Source: Gammaproteobacteria bacterium
GTDB lineage: Bacteria; Pseudomonadota; Gammaproteobacteria; JAJDOJ01
Direction of reading: 5' to 3'
DNA: 64,000 bases
NCBI GenBank assembly: GCA_026984215.1
Contig: JALSSO010000135.1
Location: forward strand, 4,584 to 68,583
Translations under genes and position numbers: made by a program
In this document: positions 38,769 to 50,443 of the stretch, one piece after another
How positions within the stretch are numbered: position 1 is the first letter of the stretch
Layout of the letters: the number at the start of each line of letters is the position of its first letter
The notes under the pieces: generated by a model
The model's database searches: none
Seen by the model: the letters and a program-made list of their open reading frames with translations, nothing else
Told to the model about the DNA's origin: nothing

Positions 38769-41387
38769 TCAGACACCCTCGGCCGCTTCGGTGAGACGGT
38801 TCCGCACCCAGTCCCCGACCTGCGCCAGCGCCGCCGGCAGCGCCTCCGGCCGCGTGCCTCCGGCCTGCGCCATGTCCGGTCGCCCCCCGCCGCGGCCGCC
38901 CACCCGTTGCGCCACGGCATTGACCAGCTCCCCGGCGCGAACGCGGGCGGTGAGGTCCTTGGTCACGCCCGCGACCAGGTTCACCTTGCCGTCGCGTACC
39001 GTGGCCAGCACCACCACGGCCCGGCCGAGCTTGCCCTTGAGCCGATCCACCATCTCGCGCAGGGTCTTGGCGTCGGCCCCTTCGATGGTCTCGGCCAGCA
39101 CCTTGACACCCTGGATGTCGCGGGCACGGGCGGCGAGGTCCTGCCCGGCCTGGCTGGCCAGCTTGGCCTTGAGGCGTTCGAGCTCCTTCTCCAGCGCGCG
39201 GCTGCGCTCGACGATCTGCTCCACCTTGCGGTCCACGTCCTCGGGCTTGCCGCGCACCAGACCGGCGATGCGTCCGAGCCTACGCTCCTGTTCCTCCACC
39301 CAGGCGAGCGCCGCCTCACCGGTCAGGGCCTCGATCCGTCGCACCCCGGCGGCCACACCCGACTCGGACACGATCTTGAACAGCCCGATGTCGCCGGCCC
39401 GACGCACGTGCGTGCCGCCGCAGAGCTCGATGGAGAAGTCTCCGATCTTGAGCACCCGCACGCGCTCCCCGTACTTCTCACCGAACAGGGCCATGGCGCC
39501 CAGCTCCATGGCCTCGTCCATGGCCATCTCGCGGGCTTCGGCCTGGGCGTTGGCCCGGATCTGCTCGTTGACCAGCCGCTCGATCTCGCGCAGCTGCTCC
39601 GCGCTCACCGGCTCGGGATGGGAGAAGTCGAACCGCAGCCGGTCCGGAGCCACCAGGGAGCCCTTCTGCGCCACGTGGGGCCCCAGCACCTTGCGCAGCG
39701 CCGCGTGCAACAGGTGGGTGGCGGAGTGGTTGAGCCGGATCGCATGCCGCCGCTCCGCGTCGATGCGCGCCTGCACTTCGTCCCCCACCGCCAGGCGGCC
39801 CCGTTCGACGACGCCGATGTGCACGTGCGCCTCGCCCCGCTTCTGCGTGTCGGTCACCCGGAAGCGTCCGGTTGGACCCTCGATGAGGCCGGTGTCTCCC
39901 ACCTGACCGCCCGACTCCGCATAGAAGGGCGTGCGATCCAGCACCACCATGCCCGCCTCGCCCTCGGCGAGTTGGTCCACCTGCTGGCCGTCGCGCAGCA
40001 GGGCCTCGATCGTGCCGCGGTCGGTCTCCCGCGCGTAGCCCGTGAACCGCGTGCGCAGCGCCAGGTCCTGCACACCGGAATAGTCCGCCTCGAACTGGCT
40101 CGCCCGCCGGGCGCGTTCGCGCTGCTGGGCCATGAGGCGCTCGAAACCCTCCATGTCCATGGACAACCCCCGCTCGCGCGCGATGTCCGCGGTCAGATCG
40201 ACCGGGAACCCGTACGTATCGTACAAGCGGAAGATGGTCTCCCCTGGGATGATCGTGCCGGCCAGCCTGGCCACGTCTTCCTCGAGGATCTTCAGACCTT
40301 GTTCCAAGGTCTCGGCGAAGCGCTCCTCCTCCCGGCGCAAGGCCTGCGCGACCCGCGCCTGCGCCTGCGCCAGCTCGGGATAGGCGTCGCCCATGACCTC
40401 CACCAGCGGGGACACGAGCCGGAAGAAAAAAGGCTCGCGCAGACCCAGGTTGTGCCCATGACGCAGCGCCCGTCGGATGATCCGGCGCAACACATAGCCC
40501 CGCCCTTCGTTGGAGGGCAGAACGCCATCGGTGATCAAAAAGCCGCTGGAACGAATGTGGTCGGCGATCACCTTCAGCGAGGGGCTGTGCGGCTCCGCTT
40601 GGGGCGCGAGTTCCCGGATGGCGGCGATCAGATGGCGGAAGATGTCGATCTCGTAGTTGTCGTGAACGCCCTGCATCACCGCAGCCAACCGTTCCAGGCC
40701 CATGCCCGTGTCGATCGAAGGCTTGGCGATGGGATGCAGGTTGCCCTCCTTGTCCCGGTCATACTGGGTGAAGACCAGGTTCCAGATCTCCACGTAACGA
40801 TCCCCCTCGGCGTCCGGCGAGCCCGGGGGGCCGCCGGGCACTTCGGGCCCGTGGTCGTAGAAGATCTCCGAGCTCGGTCCGCAGGGGCCCGTGTCGCCCA
40901 TGGTCCAGAAATTGTCCTCGCCGGCGATGCGCGTGAACCGCTCCGGCGCCACGCCCACCTCCTTGAGCCAGATCTCGGCGGCCTCGTCGTCGTCTACGTA
41001 GACCGTGATCCAGAGCCGCTGCGCGGGGATCTCCAGCACGCGGGTCAGAAATTCCCAGGCGTAGTGGATGGCTTCGCGCTTGAAGTAGTCGCCGAAGCTG
41101 AAGTTGCCCAGCATCTCGAAGAAGGTGTGATGCCGGGCCGTATATCCCACGTTTTCCAAGTCGTTGTGCTTGCCGCCGGCACGCATGCAGCGCTGGCAGC
41201 TGGCCGCGCGCGTATAGGGGCGTTTCTCCAACCCCAGGAACACGTTCTTGAAGGGCACCATGCCCGCATTGGTGAACAGGAGCGTGGGATCGTTCTCCGG
41301 AACGAGCGAGGCCGAGGGCACGATTTCGTGCCCCTTGCCCCGGAAAAACTCCAGAAAGTCCCTGCGCAGCTCCGATGTCGTCTTCAT
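38769..41387 (-). CDS. alaS: alanine--tRNA ligase
   Basis: [47 protein letters not shown]... 872 aa. A C-terminal DHHA1 region is present. Confidence 0.95.
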   Translation of the reverse strand: MKTTSELRRDFLEFFRGKGHEIVPSASLVPENDPTLLFTNAGMVPFKNVFLGLEKRPYTRAASCQRCMRAGGKHNDLENVGYTARHHTFFEMLGNFSFGDYFKREAIHYAWEFLTRVLEIPAQRLWITVYVDDDEAAEIWLKEVGVAPERFTRIAGEDNFWTMGDTGPCGPSSEIFYDHGPEVPGGPPGSPDAEGDRYVEIWNLVFTQYDRDKEGNLHPIAKPSIDTGMGLERLAAVMQGVHDNYEIDIFRHLIAAIRELAPQAEPHSPSLKVIADHIRSSGFLITDGVLPSNEGRGYVLRRIIRRALRHGHNLGLREPFFFRLVSPLVEVMGDAYPELAQAQARVAQALRREEERFAETLEQGLKILEEDVARLAGTIIPGETIFRLYDTYGFPVDLTADIARERGLSMDMEGFERLMAQQRERARRASQFEADYSGVQDLALRTRFTGYARETDRGTIEALLRDGQQVDQLAEGEAGMVVLDRTPFYAESGGQVGDTGLIEGPTGRFRVTDTQKRGEAHVHIGVVERGRLAVGDEVQARIDAERRHAIRLNHSATHLLHAALRKVLGPHVAQKGSLVAPDRLRFDFSHPEPVSAEQLREIERLVNEQIRANAQAEAREMAMDEAMELGAMALFGEKYGERVRVLKIGDFSIELCGGTHVRRAGDIGLFKIVSESGVAAGVRRIEALTGEAALAWVEEQERRLGRIAGLVRGKPEDVDRKVEQIVERSRALEKELERLKAKLASQAGQDLAARARDIQGVKVLAETIEGADAKTLREMVDRLKGKLGRAVVVLATVRDGKVNLVAGVTKDLTARVRAGELVNAVAQRVGGRGGGRPDMAQAGGTRPEALPAALAQVGDWVRNRLTEAAEGV

Positions 41388-41477
41388 GTTGGTCCTTGAA
41401 TCCTCCGTGCGGACCCGCTGTGGCAACCGTGGCCGACCCGACTCCGCGCTGGCCGATCCCACGATTCCCGACAGCGG

Positions 41478-41933
41478 CTAATCCTCCGCCACCGCCTGCC
41501 GGATCACCTCGGCCGGAAAGCCGCGCCGCTCCAGAAAGCGCATGCGCCGGGCGCGCTCGGCGAAATCGCCGGGCGGCGAGGCGCCGAATCGACGCGCCAT
41601 CTCGGTCCGCGCCCGCGCCACCCACTCCCCGGCATAAGGGGCGAGCGCCTCCTCGATCAGGTCGGGCTGCAGCCCACGCCGGCGCAACTCGAACCCGATG
41701 CGCAGCGGCCCCTGTCCCCGCTCCACCCGCGCCCGCACGAACGACTCCGCATAGCGCGCATGACTGAGCAGCCCCTCTTCCTGGAGCGCGTCGAGCGCGG
41801 CGGCGACCTCCGCCTCCGGATAGCCCCGCCGCCGCAGTTTGTCCTCCAGTTCGGCGCGGCTGTGCTCGCGGCGCGCGAGCAACCCGAGCGCAGCCTCCCG
41901 CGCCTCAGGCCTCGGCCGGCGCGGGTTCGGCAC
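41478..41933 (-). CDS. recX: RecA regulator RecX
   Basis: The C-terminal ~145 aa of the track ORF match RecX ([60 protein letters not shown]). The only plausible start is GTG 41933, which overlaps the recA 3' end by ~29 nt. Confidence 0.75.
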   Translation of the reverse strand: MPNPRRPRPEAREAALGLLARREHSRAELEDKLRRRGYPEAEVAAALDALQEEGLLSHARYAESFVRARVERGQGPLRIGFELRRRGLQPDLIEEALAPYAGEWVARARTEMARRFGASPPGDFAERARRMRFLERRGFPAEVIRQAVAED

Positions 41934-42936
41934 CCGCCACCCCGCGTCCCGGCAACAGGCGCTCGCGGATGGCCCGTTCCAGGGCCTCGGCCGTCTCTGG
42001 ATGCTCCTTGAGATACTGGCGGGCGTTCTCCTTGCCCTGCCCGATCCGCGCCCCGTCGATGCTGTACCAAGCTCCCGACTTCTGCACCAGGCCCTCCTGG
42101 ACCCCGAGATCCAGAAGCTCACCGTAGCGCGAGATGCCTTCACCGTAGAGGATCTCGAACTCGGCCTGCTTGAACGGCGGGGCGAGCTTGTTCTTGACCA
42201 CCTTCACCCGCGTCTGGTTGCCGAGGACCTCCTCGCCTTTCTTGATGGCCCCCGTGCGCCGGATGTCCAGACGCACCGAGGCGTAGAACTTGAGCGCGTT
42301 ACCGCCCGTGGTGGTCTCGGGGTTGCCGTACATCACCCCGATCTTCATGCGGATCTGGTTGATGAACACCACCATGGTGTTGGAACGCTTGATGTTGCCC
42401 GTCAGCTTGCGCAGGGCCTGGGACATGAGCCGCGCCTGGAGCCCCACGTGCGAGTCGCCCATGTCCCCCTCGATCTCGGCCTTGGGGGTGAGCGCCGCCA
42501 CCGAGTCCACGACCACCACGTCCACGGCACCGCTGCGCACCAGCATGTCGGCGATCTCCAGGGCCTGTTCGCCGGTGTCCGGCTGGGAGACCAACAGGTC
42601 GTCCACGTTCACGCCCACTTTCTCGGCATAAACCGGGTCCAGCGCGTGCTCCGCGTCGATGAATGCGGCCGTCCCGCCCTGTCGCTGGACCTCGGCGATC
42701 ACATGGAGGGTCAGTGTGGTCTTGCCCGAAGACTCCGGGCCGTAAATCTCGATGATCCGCCCCTTGGGCAGCCCGCCGATGCCCAGCGCCAGGTCCAGGG
42801 CCAGGGACCCGGTGGAGACCACCTCCACGTCACGAGCCGCGCTGCTGTCGCCCAGCCGCATCACCGCCCCCTTGCCGAACTGCCGTTCGATCTGACCCAG
42901 GGCGGCCGCCAGGGCCTTGCGCCGATCCTCTTGCAC
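41905..42936 (-). CDS. recA: recombinase RecA
   Basis: [24 protein letters not shown]...[13 protein letters not shown] is canonical RecA. GTG 42936 ([11 protein letters not shown]) has a GGAGGGG RBS. There is no ATG near it. Confidence 0.95.
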   Translation of the reverse strand: MQEDRRKALAAALGQIERQFGKGAVMRLGDSSAARDVEVVSTGSLALDLALGIGGLPKGRIIEIYGPESSGKTTLTLHVIAEVQRQGGTAAFIDAEHALDPVYAEKVGVNVDDLLVSQPDTGEQALEIADMLVRSGAVDVVVVDSVAALTPKAEIEGDMGDSHVGLQARLMSQALRKLTGNIKRSNTMVVFINQIRMKIGVMYGNPETTTGGNALKFYASVRLDIRRTGAIKKGEEVLGNQTRVKVVKNKLAPPFKQAEFEILYGEGISRYGELLDLGVQEGLVQKSGAWYSIDGARIGQGKENARQYLKEHPETAEALERAIRERLLPGRGVAGAEPAPAEA

Positions 42937-43113
42937 GATGGATATCCCCTCCGCTTGTCGATTGCTGGTACGCGCGCCGCCACCCACGGACCCCTGCGCG
43001 CAACGCCGCGGGCGAGGTCCCCGATTACAACAGCCTGTCCGCGCCATCACACCCGCCGACCCGTACCCGTGGTCGAGCCGCGAACCGTGCGGATTTTACT
43101 GCAAGTGCCCCGT

Positions 43114-43695
43114 TCACGCATGGGCCGCAGGGGGTCCGGAAGGCGCCGGAAAGCGCTTCAGCACGCGGTACACCGCACCCTTGGGTGCGGTGACGGACTC
43201 GACCAACGCGAAATCGCGCACGGGCCAGACCACGGGCCGTGCAATATCGCCCTGTTCACCGGTCGGCTCGGCGTCGCGGAACAGCGTCACATGCGGGGTG
43301 AAAGGACGTGGATCCGGGGTATGGCCACAGTCCCCAAGGGCTTCGTTGAGCGCGGCCACGAGCCGGAGCAGCGCCGCCGGGACCCGCGAGGCCCCGAGCC
43401 ACACCACCCGCGCCTTGCGGAATCCGCCGATGGTATCCAGCGTGAGATCGAACGGCGCCACCGGCACGCGCGCGGCGGCCGCCTCGAGGCAGCGCGCGGT
43501 CTGCGCGTCCACCGGCCCGATGAAGGCCAGCGTGACATGCAGGTTCTCCGGCGGCACCGGGCGGCCCCGGCGACGCGGCAGACGCCGGGCCAGGCGCGCC
43601 ATCCGCGCGCGTGTCTCCCCGTCCGGCCACAGGGCGAAAAACAGGCGCTTGCGCCGGGGGCGGGCGCTGCGGCGGCGGGCTTCGTCCGCGCTCAC
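43114..43695 (-). CDS. thpR: RNA 2',3'-cyclic phosphodiesterase / 2'-5' RNA ligase (LigT/ThpR, 2H family)
   Basis: Two HxT/Sx motifs (HVTLAFIG and HVTLFRD). The N-terminal RLFFALWP is typical of LigT. The start is uncertain (GTG 43695 or 43704). Confidence 0.7.
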   Translation of the reverse strand: MSADEARRRSARPRRKRLFFALWPDGETRARMARLARRLPRRRGRPVPPENLHVTLAFIGPVDAQTARCLEAAAARVPVAPFDLTLDTIGGFRKARVVWLGASRVPAALLRLVAALNEALGDCGHTPDPRPFTPHVTLFRDAEPTGEQGDIARPVVWPVRDFALVESVTAPKGAVYRVLKRFPAPSGPPAAHA

Positions 43696-43878
43696 CAACG
43701 CCACGTGCCCGGCGCGCCGCACGCACGCCGCCGGGACCCCCGCTCCCCAGGAGGCGGGCAACGCCTGGCGGATCGAGCCGGTCCGCCCGCGGGCGTCCCG
43801 TGATTGACCGCAATCAACGCGCCCATGGGCCCAGATCAACGAGAATGGGGAATACTACTTACTTCCACGCCCGACATC

Positions 43879-45327
43879 ATGAAACCTTCACGGCCCCCCT
43901 CCGCCCATGGTGGATCCCTGCTGGTCCAGGCCCTGGCCTGGGTGATCCTCATACTCTCGGCAGGCCCCGTATCCGCAACGGAGGAGCCGACCGGCCGACC
44001 GTCCTCCGGATGCCTGCGCTGTCACGAGGGCATCGAAGACATCGCGCCCGCCAAAAGTCCCATGATGATCCAGATCCGCATGCTCGGGCAACGCCGGGGC
44101 GATCCCGCCGGCTGCGTCGTGTGCCACGGCGGCAACCCGGCCGCGCGCGACGCCGATCGGGCGCACCGGGGGGCGCCGAAGGTCGCCAAACACTGCCACT
44201 GCCCCACACCGGAGGACTTCTACCCCGATCCGGGCGCGCTCGAAGTGGCCGAACACACCTGTGGCCAGTGCCATCGCGGCTACCCCGAACGGGTGCGGCG
44301 CTCGCTGATGGCCACCGAGGCGGGAAAGATCCGCGCCACCCTCACCGCCTGGCACGTGACACCCGCCACGCGCGGCGCACCCTGGGGCAATGTCGCCGTC
44401 GAGGACGACGACGGCCCCGAGCCCAGCGTGGGCACGGACATCTACAAGGCCTACATGAAGGCGGTGCGTGCCGCCCACGCCGACCAGTTCCCCGCCCGAC
44501 TGGCGCCGCTGCCCGACCCGGACCGGGAAACGCTGCGAACGGACCCGGCGCTGGCGCCGGTGGCCCGCTACCGCCGGGCGTGCGACGGCTGCCACCTGCG
44601 CGCCGGCGGGCGCGCCATGCCCGGGGAATACCGCGGACTGGGTTGCTCGGCCTGCCACATCCCCTACGCCGAGGACGGCCGTTATGCCGGCACCGACCCC
44701 ACCATCGACCGCGAGGCACCGGGCCATCTCCTCACCCACCGGATCCAGGGCACCCGCAAGACGCACATTCACTACGGGGACACCGATCGCACCGGGATCT
44801 CCAACCGCACCTGCAACCAGTGCCACAACCGGGGAGCCAGCGGCGGCGCCCGGCGGGGTCCGGGGATCGCCGGCGATGTACATCATTCCGGCCGGAACAC
44901 GCCGCCGGCGGTGCTCCTGTGCCAGGACTGTCACACCAGCAACGAAGTCCACGGCGACGGCAACATCGCCGCCACCATGGACGCCCAGACCGAGGTGCGC
45001 TGCGCGGACTGCCACGGCACCGACGCAGCCTATCCCTGGGAACTGCCCCTGGGCTGGGGCGATCCGCTGCGGCCCGAGTGGTCCGATGCCCCACGTGGCG
45101 TGAGCCTGCATCTGCAGAAGGTCACCTCGTGGTGGGCCACCCGCTACCCCAAGGCCGACGGCTTCCTGCTCACCAGCCGCGGCAACCCCTTGGGCAATGT
45201 GATCCGCCAGGGGGCGCGCGTGATCCTGCACTCGGCCACCGGTCGGGACCTGGAGGTGCCATTGTTCAAGAAGGCAGGCGGTACCCAACCCGGCGATGCC
45301 GCCGCAGACGCCCCCACCGGAGGCTGA
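43879..45327 (+). CDS. octaheme c-type cytochrome (OTR/HAO-superfamily-like multiheme cytochrome)
   Basis: The signal peptide follows ATG 43879 (MKPSRPP...LLVQALAWVILILSAGPVSA). There are eight CxxCH heme-binding motifs: CLRCH, CVVCH, CGQCH, CDGCH, CSACH, CNQCH, CQDCH and CADCH. The mature protein is ~450 aa. Confidence 0.8.
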   Translation: MKPSRPPSAHGGSLLVQALAWVILILSAGPVSATEEPTGRPSSGCLRCHEGIEDIAPAKSPMMIQIRMLGQRRGDPAGCVVCHGGNPAARDADRAHRGAPKVAKHCHCPTPEDFYPDPGALEVAEHTCGQCHRGYPERVRRSLMATEAGKIRATLTAWHVTPATRGAPWGNVAVEDDDGPEPSVGTDIYKAYMKAVRAAHADQFPARLAPLPDPDRETLRTDPALAPVARYRRACDGCHLRAGGRAMPGEYRGLGCSACHIPYAEDGRYAGTDPTIDREAPGHLLTHRIQGTRKTHIHYGDTDRTGISNRTCNQCHNRGASGGARRGPGIAGDVHHSGRNTPPAVLLCQDCHTSNEVHGDGNIAATMDAQTEVRCADCHGTDAAYPWELPLGWGDPLRPEWSDAPRGVSLHLQKVTSWWATRYPKADGFLLTSRGNPLGNVIRQGARVILHSATGRDLEVPLFKKAGGTQPGDAAADAPTGG

Positions 45328-45339
45328 GTCCGCCGCCCC

Positions 45340-45822
45340 TCAGGTCACCCGCACGACGCCCTCCAGGGCCGTCACGACCGCCTGACGGCGCACCGCCTCG
45401 CGGTCGCCCTGGAAACGCTCGCGGGCGGCGCGGACCGCTGCGTTGCGCCGCCCCCACGCAAACCAGACCAGCCCCACCGGCTTTTCCGGGGTCCCGCCGC
45501 TGGGCCCCGCGATTCCGCTGACAGCCACCGCCACGTCGCCCGGACTGTGCCGCAGCGCGCCGGCCACCATCTCGCGCACGGTTTGCTCGCTCACGGCGCC
45601 ATACCGGTCCAGTGTCCCGCCGTGCACCCCGAGCAGTTCCATTTTCGCCTGGTTGGTGTAGGTGACGAATCCTCGCTCGAACCAACCCGAGCTGCCGGGC
45701 ACGTCGGTGAGCACCTTGGCGACCCAGCCTCCGGTACAGGACTCGGCGGTGACCAGCCTCCAGCCCCGCGCCGCCAACCAGCGGCCCACCCGCTCGGAGA
45801 GCGCGAACAGTTCCCGATCCAT
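45340..45822 (-). CDS. pncC: nicotinamide-nucleotide amidohydrolase PncC / CinA C-terminal domain protein
   Basis: [45 protein letters not shown] is a CinA_C signature. ATG 45822. Confidence 0.85.
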   Translation of the reverse strand: MDRELFALSERVGRWLAARGWRLVTAESCTGGWVAKVLTDVPGSSGWFERGFVTYTNQAKMELLGVHGGTLDRYGAVSEQTVREMVAGALRHSPGDVAVAVSGIAGPSGGTPEKPVGLVWFAWGRRNAAVRAARERFQGDREAVRRQAVVTALEGVVRVT

Positions 45823-45958
45823 GCCGCTACTATACGCCGGTCGCGCACGGTTGCGGCACCCCGCCCGTTGTGCAACCATCGCGCGCCGATCATCGGTTCC
45901 CGGCAGCTGGTGCAACCGGCTGATCGGAAACAGTATTCCACCACGATCCGCCAACGCC

Positions 45959-48517
45959 ATGGACCTCCGCGCCCACACCCCCATGATGCGCCAGTACCTG
46001 CGCATCAAGGCCGAGCACCCCGATGTGCTGCTCTTCTATCGGATGGGCGACTTCTACGAACTGTTCTACGACGACGCCCGGCGCGCCGCCGCACTCCTGG
46101 ACCTCACACTCACCACCCGCGGCCAGTCCGCCGGCGAGCCCATCCCCATGGCCGGCGTGCCGGTGCACGCGGTGGAAAACTACCTGGCCCGGCTGGTGCG
46201 CCAGGGAGAATCCGTGGCCATCGCCGAGCAGATCGGTGATCCCAGCGCCACCAAGGGCCCCGTGGAGCGGAAGGTGGTGCGTATCGTCACCCCGGGCACC
46301 CTCACCGAGGAGGGTTTGCTCGAGGAGCGCAGCGAGAACCTGCTCATGGCCGTTGCCCCGCGTTCCGACGGGCGCGCGGGCATCGCCGTGCTGGAACTCA
46401 GTACCGGCAGTTTCCGTGTCCAGGAAGTGGACGACCCCGCGGCCCTGGCCGCCGAGCTGGAGCGGCTGCAACCGGCCGAAATCCTGCTCCCCGAGGGTTA
46501 CGTGCTGCCCACCGAACGCCCGGGCGTGCGCCAGCTCGCCACCTGGCACTTCGATCCGGAATCGGCCACGGAACTGCTCAAGCGCGAGCTGCGCGTGGCC
46601 GAGCTGGATGGGTTCGGCTGCGCGGGCCTGCCGCTGGCCGTGGCTGCGGCCGGCGCCCTGCTCCAATACGTCAAGGACACCCAGCGCGGCGCACTGCCCC
46701 ATATCACGCGCATCCAGACCGAACAGCGCAGCGAGCTTGTGATCCTGGACGCGGCCAGCCGGCGCAACCTCGAGCTGGAGCGTTCCCTGGGCGGAGAGGT
46801 CTCGCACAGCCTGCTGCATGTGCTGGACACCACGGTGACGGCCATGGGCGGGCGCCGCCTGCGCCATTGGTTGCGCAGCCCCCTGCGCGATCACGCCGTG
46901 CCGCGGGCGCGGCACGGCGCGGTGCAGACCCTCCTGGAGGCCGGCCTGCACGCGCCGCTGCGCGAAGCGCTGCGCGGCACCGCCGACGTGGAGCGCATCG
47001 TCTCGCGCATCGCCCTGGGCAGCGCCAAACCGCGCGATCTGTGTGGACTCCGCGAGACCCTGCGTCGCCTGCCCGAGCTGCAGGGGCTGCTGGCCGGGGT
47101 CGCCGATCCGTTGCTGGAATGTCTCGCCGGGCGGATCGCCACCCATCCGGAAACGCTCGCGCTGCTCGAGTCGGCGGTCGTGGCCGAGCCACCGCAACTC
47201 GTGCGCGACGGCGGCGTGATCGCCCCGGGCTACGATGCCGAGCTCGACGAGCTGCGTGCCTTGAGTGAGAACGCCGACGGCTTCCTCTCGGAGCTGGAGA
47301 CGCGCGAGCGGGAGCGCACCGGCATCCCCACGCTGCGCGTTGCCTACAACCGGATCCATGGCTACTACATCGAGATCAGCCGTGCCCAGGCCCGGCACGC
47401 CCCCGCCGATTACGTCCGGCGCCAAACGTTGAAGAACGCCGAACGCTACATCACGCCCGAGCTCAAGGCCTTCGAGGACAAGGTGTTGAGCGCCAGGGAG
47501 CGGGCCCTGGCCCGGGAACGCCACCTCTATGCGGCCCTGCTCGAGCGGCTCGGCGCGCACATCGAGCCGTTGCAGGCCAGCGCCGCCGCCCTGGCCGAAC
47601 TCGATGTCCTGTGCAGCTTCGCCGAGCGCGCCGAACGGCTCGACTACCGCCGCCCCCGGTTCTCCGACGAACCCGGAATCCACATCGAGGGCGGCCGGCA
47701 CCCGGTGGTGGAGCGGCTCATCGGGGATCCGTTCGTTCCCAACGACCTACGCCTGGACGCCTCCCGGCGCATGCTCATCGTCACCGGTCCCAACATGGGC
47801 GGCAAGTCCACCTACATGCGCCAGGCCGCGCTCATCGTGCTCATGGCCCACATGGGCAGTTTCGTGCCGGCCGCGCGCGCCGTTCTGGGCCCGGTGGACC
47901 GCGTCTTCACCCGCATCGGAGCCGCCGACGACCTGGCCTCCGGACGTTCCACTTTCATGGTGGAGATGACCGAGGCCGCCGACATCCTGAACAACGCCAC
48001 CGACCGCAGCCTGGTCCTCATGGACGAGATCGGCCGCGGCACCAGCACCTTCGATGGCCTGTCGCTGGCCTGGGCCTGCGCCGAGCATCTGGCGCGGGAG
48101 AACCGCGCCTTCACCCTGTTCGCCACGCACTACTTCGAGCTGACCCGGCTGGCCGAAGAGCTCCCCGGCGTGGCCAACGTACACATCGACGCGGTGGAGC
48201 ACGGCGAACACTTGGTGTTCCTGCACGCCGTGCGCGAAGGACCGGCCAATCAGAGCTTCGGCATCCAGGTGGCCCGGCTGGCCGGCGTGCCGGCCGCAGT
48301 GATCGCGCGCGCCAGGGAAAAACTCCACGAGCTCGAGCGCAAGAGCGCGGCGGCCACATCCGGCCCCGCGGCGCACTCGCTTCAGCTCGGATTACCGCTC
48401 GAGCCTGCTCCCGGCGAGGAGGCCCTGCGTCTGCTCACGGAGATCGACCCCGACCAGACCACGCCCCGCGCGGCCCTGGAACTGCTCTACCGGCTGCGGA
48501 CACTGCTCGAACGCTGA
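45959..48517 (+). CDS. mutS: DNA mismatch repair protein MutS
   Basis: [40 protein letters not shown]... Walker [10 protein letters not shown]. 852 aa. ATG 45959 lies inside the longer track ORF. Confidence 0.95.
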   Translation: MDLRAHTPMMRQYLRIKAEHPDVLLFYRMGDFYELFYDDARRAAALLDLTLTTRGQSAGEPIPMAGVPVHAVENYLARLVRQGESVAIAEQIGDPSATKGPVERKVVRIVTPGTLTEEGLLEERSENLLMAVAPRSDGRAGIAVLELSTGSFRVQEVDDPAALAAELERLQPAEILLPEGYVLPTERPGVRQLATWHFDPESATELLKRELRVAELDGFGCAGLPLAVAAAGALLQYVKDTQRGALPHITRIQTEQRSELVILDAASRRNLELERSLGGEVSHSLLHVLDTTVTAMGGRRLRHWLRSPLRDHAVPRARHGAVQTLLEAGLHAPLREALRGTADVERIVSRIALGSAKPRDLCGLRETLRRLPELQGLLAGVADPLLECLAGRIATHPETLALLESAVVAEPPQLVRDGGVIAPGYDAELDELRALSENADGFLSELETRERERTGIPTLRVAYNRIHGYYIEISRAQARHAPADYVRRQTLKNAERYITPELKAFEDKVLSARERALARERHLYAALLERLGAHIEPLQASAAALAELDVLCSFAERAERLDYRRPRFSDEPGIHIEGGRHPVVERLIGDPFVPNDLRLDASRRMLIVTGPNMGGKSTYMRQAALIVLMAHMGSFVPAARAVLGPVDRVFTRIGAADDLASGRSTFMVEMTEAADILNNATDRSLVLMDEIGRGTSTFDGLSLAWACAEHLARENRAFTLFATHYFELTRLAEELPGVANVHIDAVEHGEHLVFLHAVREGPANQSFGIQVARLAGVPAAVIARAREKLHELERKSAAATSGPAAHSLQLGLPLEPAPGEEALRLLTEIDPDQTTPRAALELLYRLRTLLER

Positions 48518-48561
48518 GCGCCGCGCCACCCCGGCGCATGCCGGGGCCCGCGCCAGGGGCT

Positions 48562-48867
48562 TCAGCGACTGAACTCGCCGAGCGGGCGCTGGAAAGTGAA
48601 CCGCCAGGCCTGGCCCACCAACTGATCTCCCGCCTCGTGCGCGTTGCCGCCCAGGGCCGAGAACGGGAAGGTCACCAACCAGGTGGCCGCACCCAACACC
48701 ACGGCCCCCAGTCCCAACGGGCGCACCACCACGCCGTCGACCAGCATGGTGGCCGGATCCGGGCTGTTCCCCCGGTCGTATGCGCCGCCGGCGCTGGCCA
48801 CCCCGGCCATCGTGCCCACCACCACCAGCGCCGCCAGCGCCATCCCCTTGATCGTTCTTCGGATCAC
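48562..48867 (-). CDS. hypothetical small membrane/secreted protein
   Basis: 101 aa with a signal-like N-terminus ([21 protein letters not shown]) and one further hydrophobic segment. Good GC3 bias. Weak support. Confidence 0.4.
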   Translation of the reverse strand: MIRRTIKGMALAALVVVGTMAGVASAGGAYDRGNSPDPATMLVDGVVVRPLGLGAVVLGAATWLVTFPFSALGGNAHEAGDQLVGQAWRFTFQRPLGEFSR

Positions 48868-49014
48868 CGCCGCCCCCCTGTTTGGTTCCGAGGATCTCTG
48901 CTACGTTATGAGGCACCCCGGGCCCTGTCAATGCCGGTCAGGCGCCCAGGACGACCACTGGCACACCCGGTGGACTCGCCCGATCACAACCTGCTTTGGA
49001 AAAGCCGATCAGCC

Positions 49015-49338
49015 ATGACATTCGTCGTCACCGAAGACTGCATCCAATGTAAATACACCGACTGCGTGGAGGTCTGCCCCGTGGACTGTTTCCACGAGGG
49101 CCCCAACTTCCTGGTCATCGATCCGGAGGAGTGCATCGACTGCACCCTGTGCGAGCCGGAATGCCCCATCGAGGCGATCTATGCCGAGGAGGACCTCCCT
49201 GCGGACCAGCAGCAGTTCCTGGAGATCAACGCCGAACTGGCCAAGCTCTGGCCGGTCATCACCAGCAAGAAGGACCCCCTCCCAGAGGCGGACGAATGGG
49301 CCGGCAAGCCGGGCAAACTCCAGTACCTCAAGCGCTGA
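49015..49338 (+). CDS. fdxA: 7Fe ferredoxin (Azotobacter-type FdxA, [3Fe-4S][4Fe-4S])
   Basis: Not in the supplied ORF track. I translated it by hand from ATG 49015 and got [59 protein letters not shown]...KLQYLKR-stop. This is 107 aa with CxxCxxxCP and CxxCxxCxxxCP cysteine clusters. It sits adjacent to mutS, as in Pseudomonas. Confidence 0.9.
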   Translation: MTFVVTEDCIQCKYTDCVEVCPVDCFHEGPNFLVIDPEECIDCTLCEPECPIEAIYAEEDLPADQQQFLEINAELAKLWPVITSKKDPLPEADEWAGKPGKLQYLKR

Positions 49339-49479
49339 GCCCGTCCACCCCGGCGCTCGGAACCCAGGCCGGAACAAGGACTGTGGCGGCCGTTTCCCGC
49401 CACTGATCCGATAGGTGCTTGCGGGTGGACGCGGGCGTGTTAGCGTACCCGCTCCCCAGGCGAGCGGAATCATGCGGTC

Positions 49480-50424
49480 ATGCCCAGCCAGGCCCTGGAA
49501 TCCGGAATCCATCAGTCCCTGCCCGGCGCCATCGTCGAGCGGCTGGAACACATCATCGTGGGCAAGCGTCACGAGGTGGAGCTGGCGCTGGCCTGCCTGC
49601 TGGCCGGCGGTCACCTGCTCATCGAAGACCTGCCGGGCGTGGGCAAGACCACCCTGGCCCATGCCCTGGCAGCCGTGCTCGGGCTGCGCTTCCAGCGCAT
49701 CCAGTTCACCAGCGACCTGCTGCCGGCCGACGTGCTGGGGGTTTCGGTCTACGACCGCGAGACCGGCGAGTTCCACTTCCATCCCGGTCCCGTCTTCGCC
49801 CAGCTCGTGCTGGCCGACGAGATCAACCGTGCCACGCCCAAGACCCAGAGCGCGCTGCTGGAAGCCATGGAGGAGGGCCAGATCACGCTCGAGGGGGAGA
49901 CCCGCGCGCTGCCCCGACCCTTTTTCGTGATCGCCACCCAGAACCCGGCACACCAGATCGGCACCTTCCCGCTGCCCGAATCCCAGCTCGACCGCTTTCT
50001 CATGCGGATCTCCCTGGGCTATCCGGCCCGTGGTGCCGAGCGCGCCTTACTGCGGGGCGCCGACCGTCGGACCCTGCTGCAGGACCTACGGCCCGTCACC
50101 GATGTCCAGCAGCTCGAGGAACTGCAGCGCCACGTCCACGGAATCCACGTCTCCGATGCCGTGCTCGACTACGTGCAGGCGCTGGTCGATCACACCCGGC
50201 ACAGCGGCCGCTTCGAGCACGGACTCTCCCCCCGGGCCGCTCTGGCCTTGCTGCGCGCCGCCCGGGCCTGGGCCGGTCTGCGCGGCCGAGACTACCTGCT
50301 GCCCGACGACGTGCAAGCGGTGTTCGTGCCCGTGGCCGCCCACCGTTTGCAGGCACGCGGCACGGCCGGCCCCGCCGGAACCGAGACGGTGGGGCGCGTC
50401 CTGGAGGAGGTCGAGGTGCCCTGA
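49480..50424 (+). CDS. MoxR-family AAA+ ATPase
   Basis: Walker A DLPGVGKT and Walker B LVLADEINRATPKTQSALLEAMEE. It is followed by DUF58 and TgpA. Confidence 0.9.
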   Translation: MPSQALESGIHQSLPGAIVERLEHIIVGKRHEVELALACLLAGGHLLIEDLPGVGKTTLAHALAAVLGLRFQRIQFTSDLLPADVLGVSVYDRETGEFHFHPGPVFAQLVLADEINRATPKTQSALLEAMEEGQITLEGETRALPRPFFVIATQNPAHQIGTFPLPESQLDRFLMRISLGYPARGAERALLRGADRRTLLQDLRPVTDVQQLEELQRHVHGIHVSDAVLDYVQALVDHTRHSGRFEHGLSPRAALALLRAARAWAGLRGRDYLLPDDVQAVFVPVAAHRLQARGTAGPAGTETVGRVLEEVEVP

Positions 50425-50443
50425 GGGGGAGCGGAGCGGTCTC

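Noticed and set aside
38727-41399. 890-aa + strand ORF
   Set aside because: It is antisense to alaS and has no domain signal.
45890-47701. 603-aa - strand ORF
   Set aside because: It is antisense to mutS.
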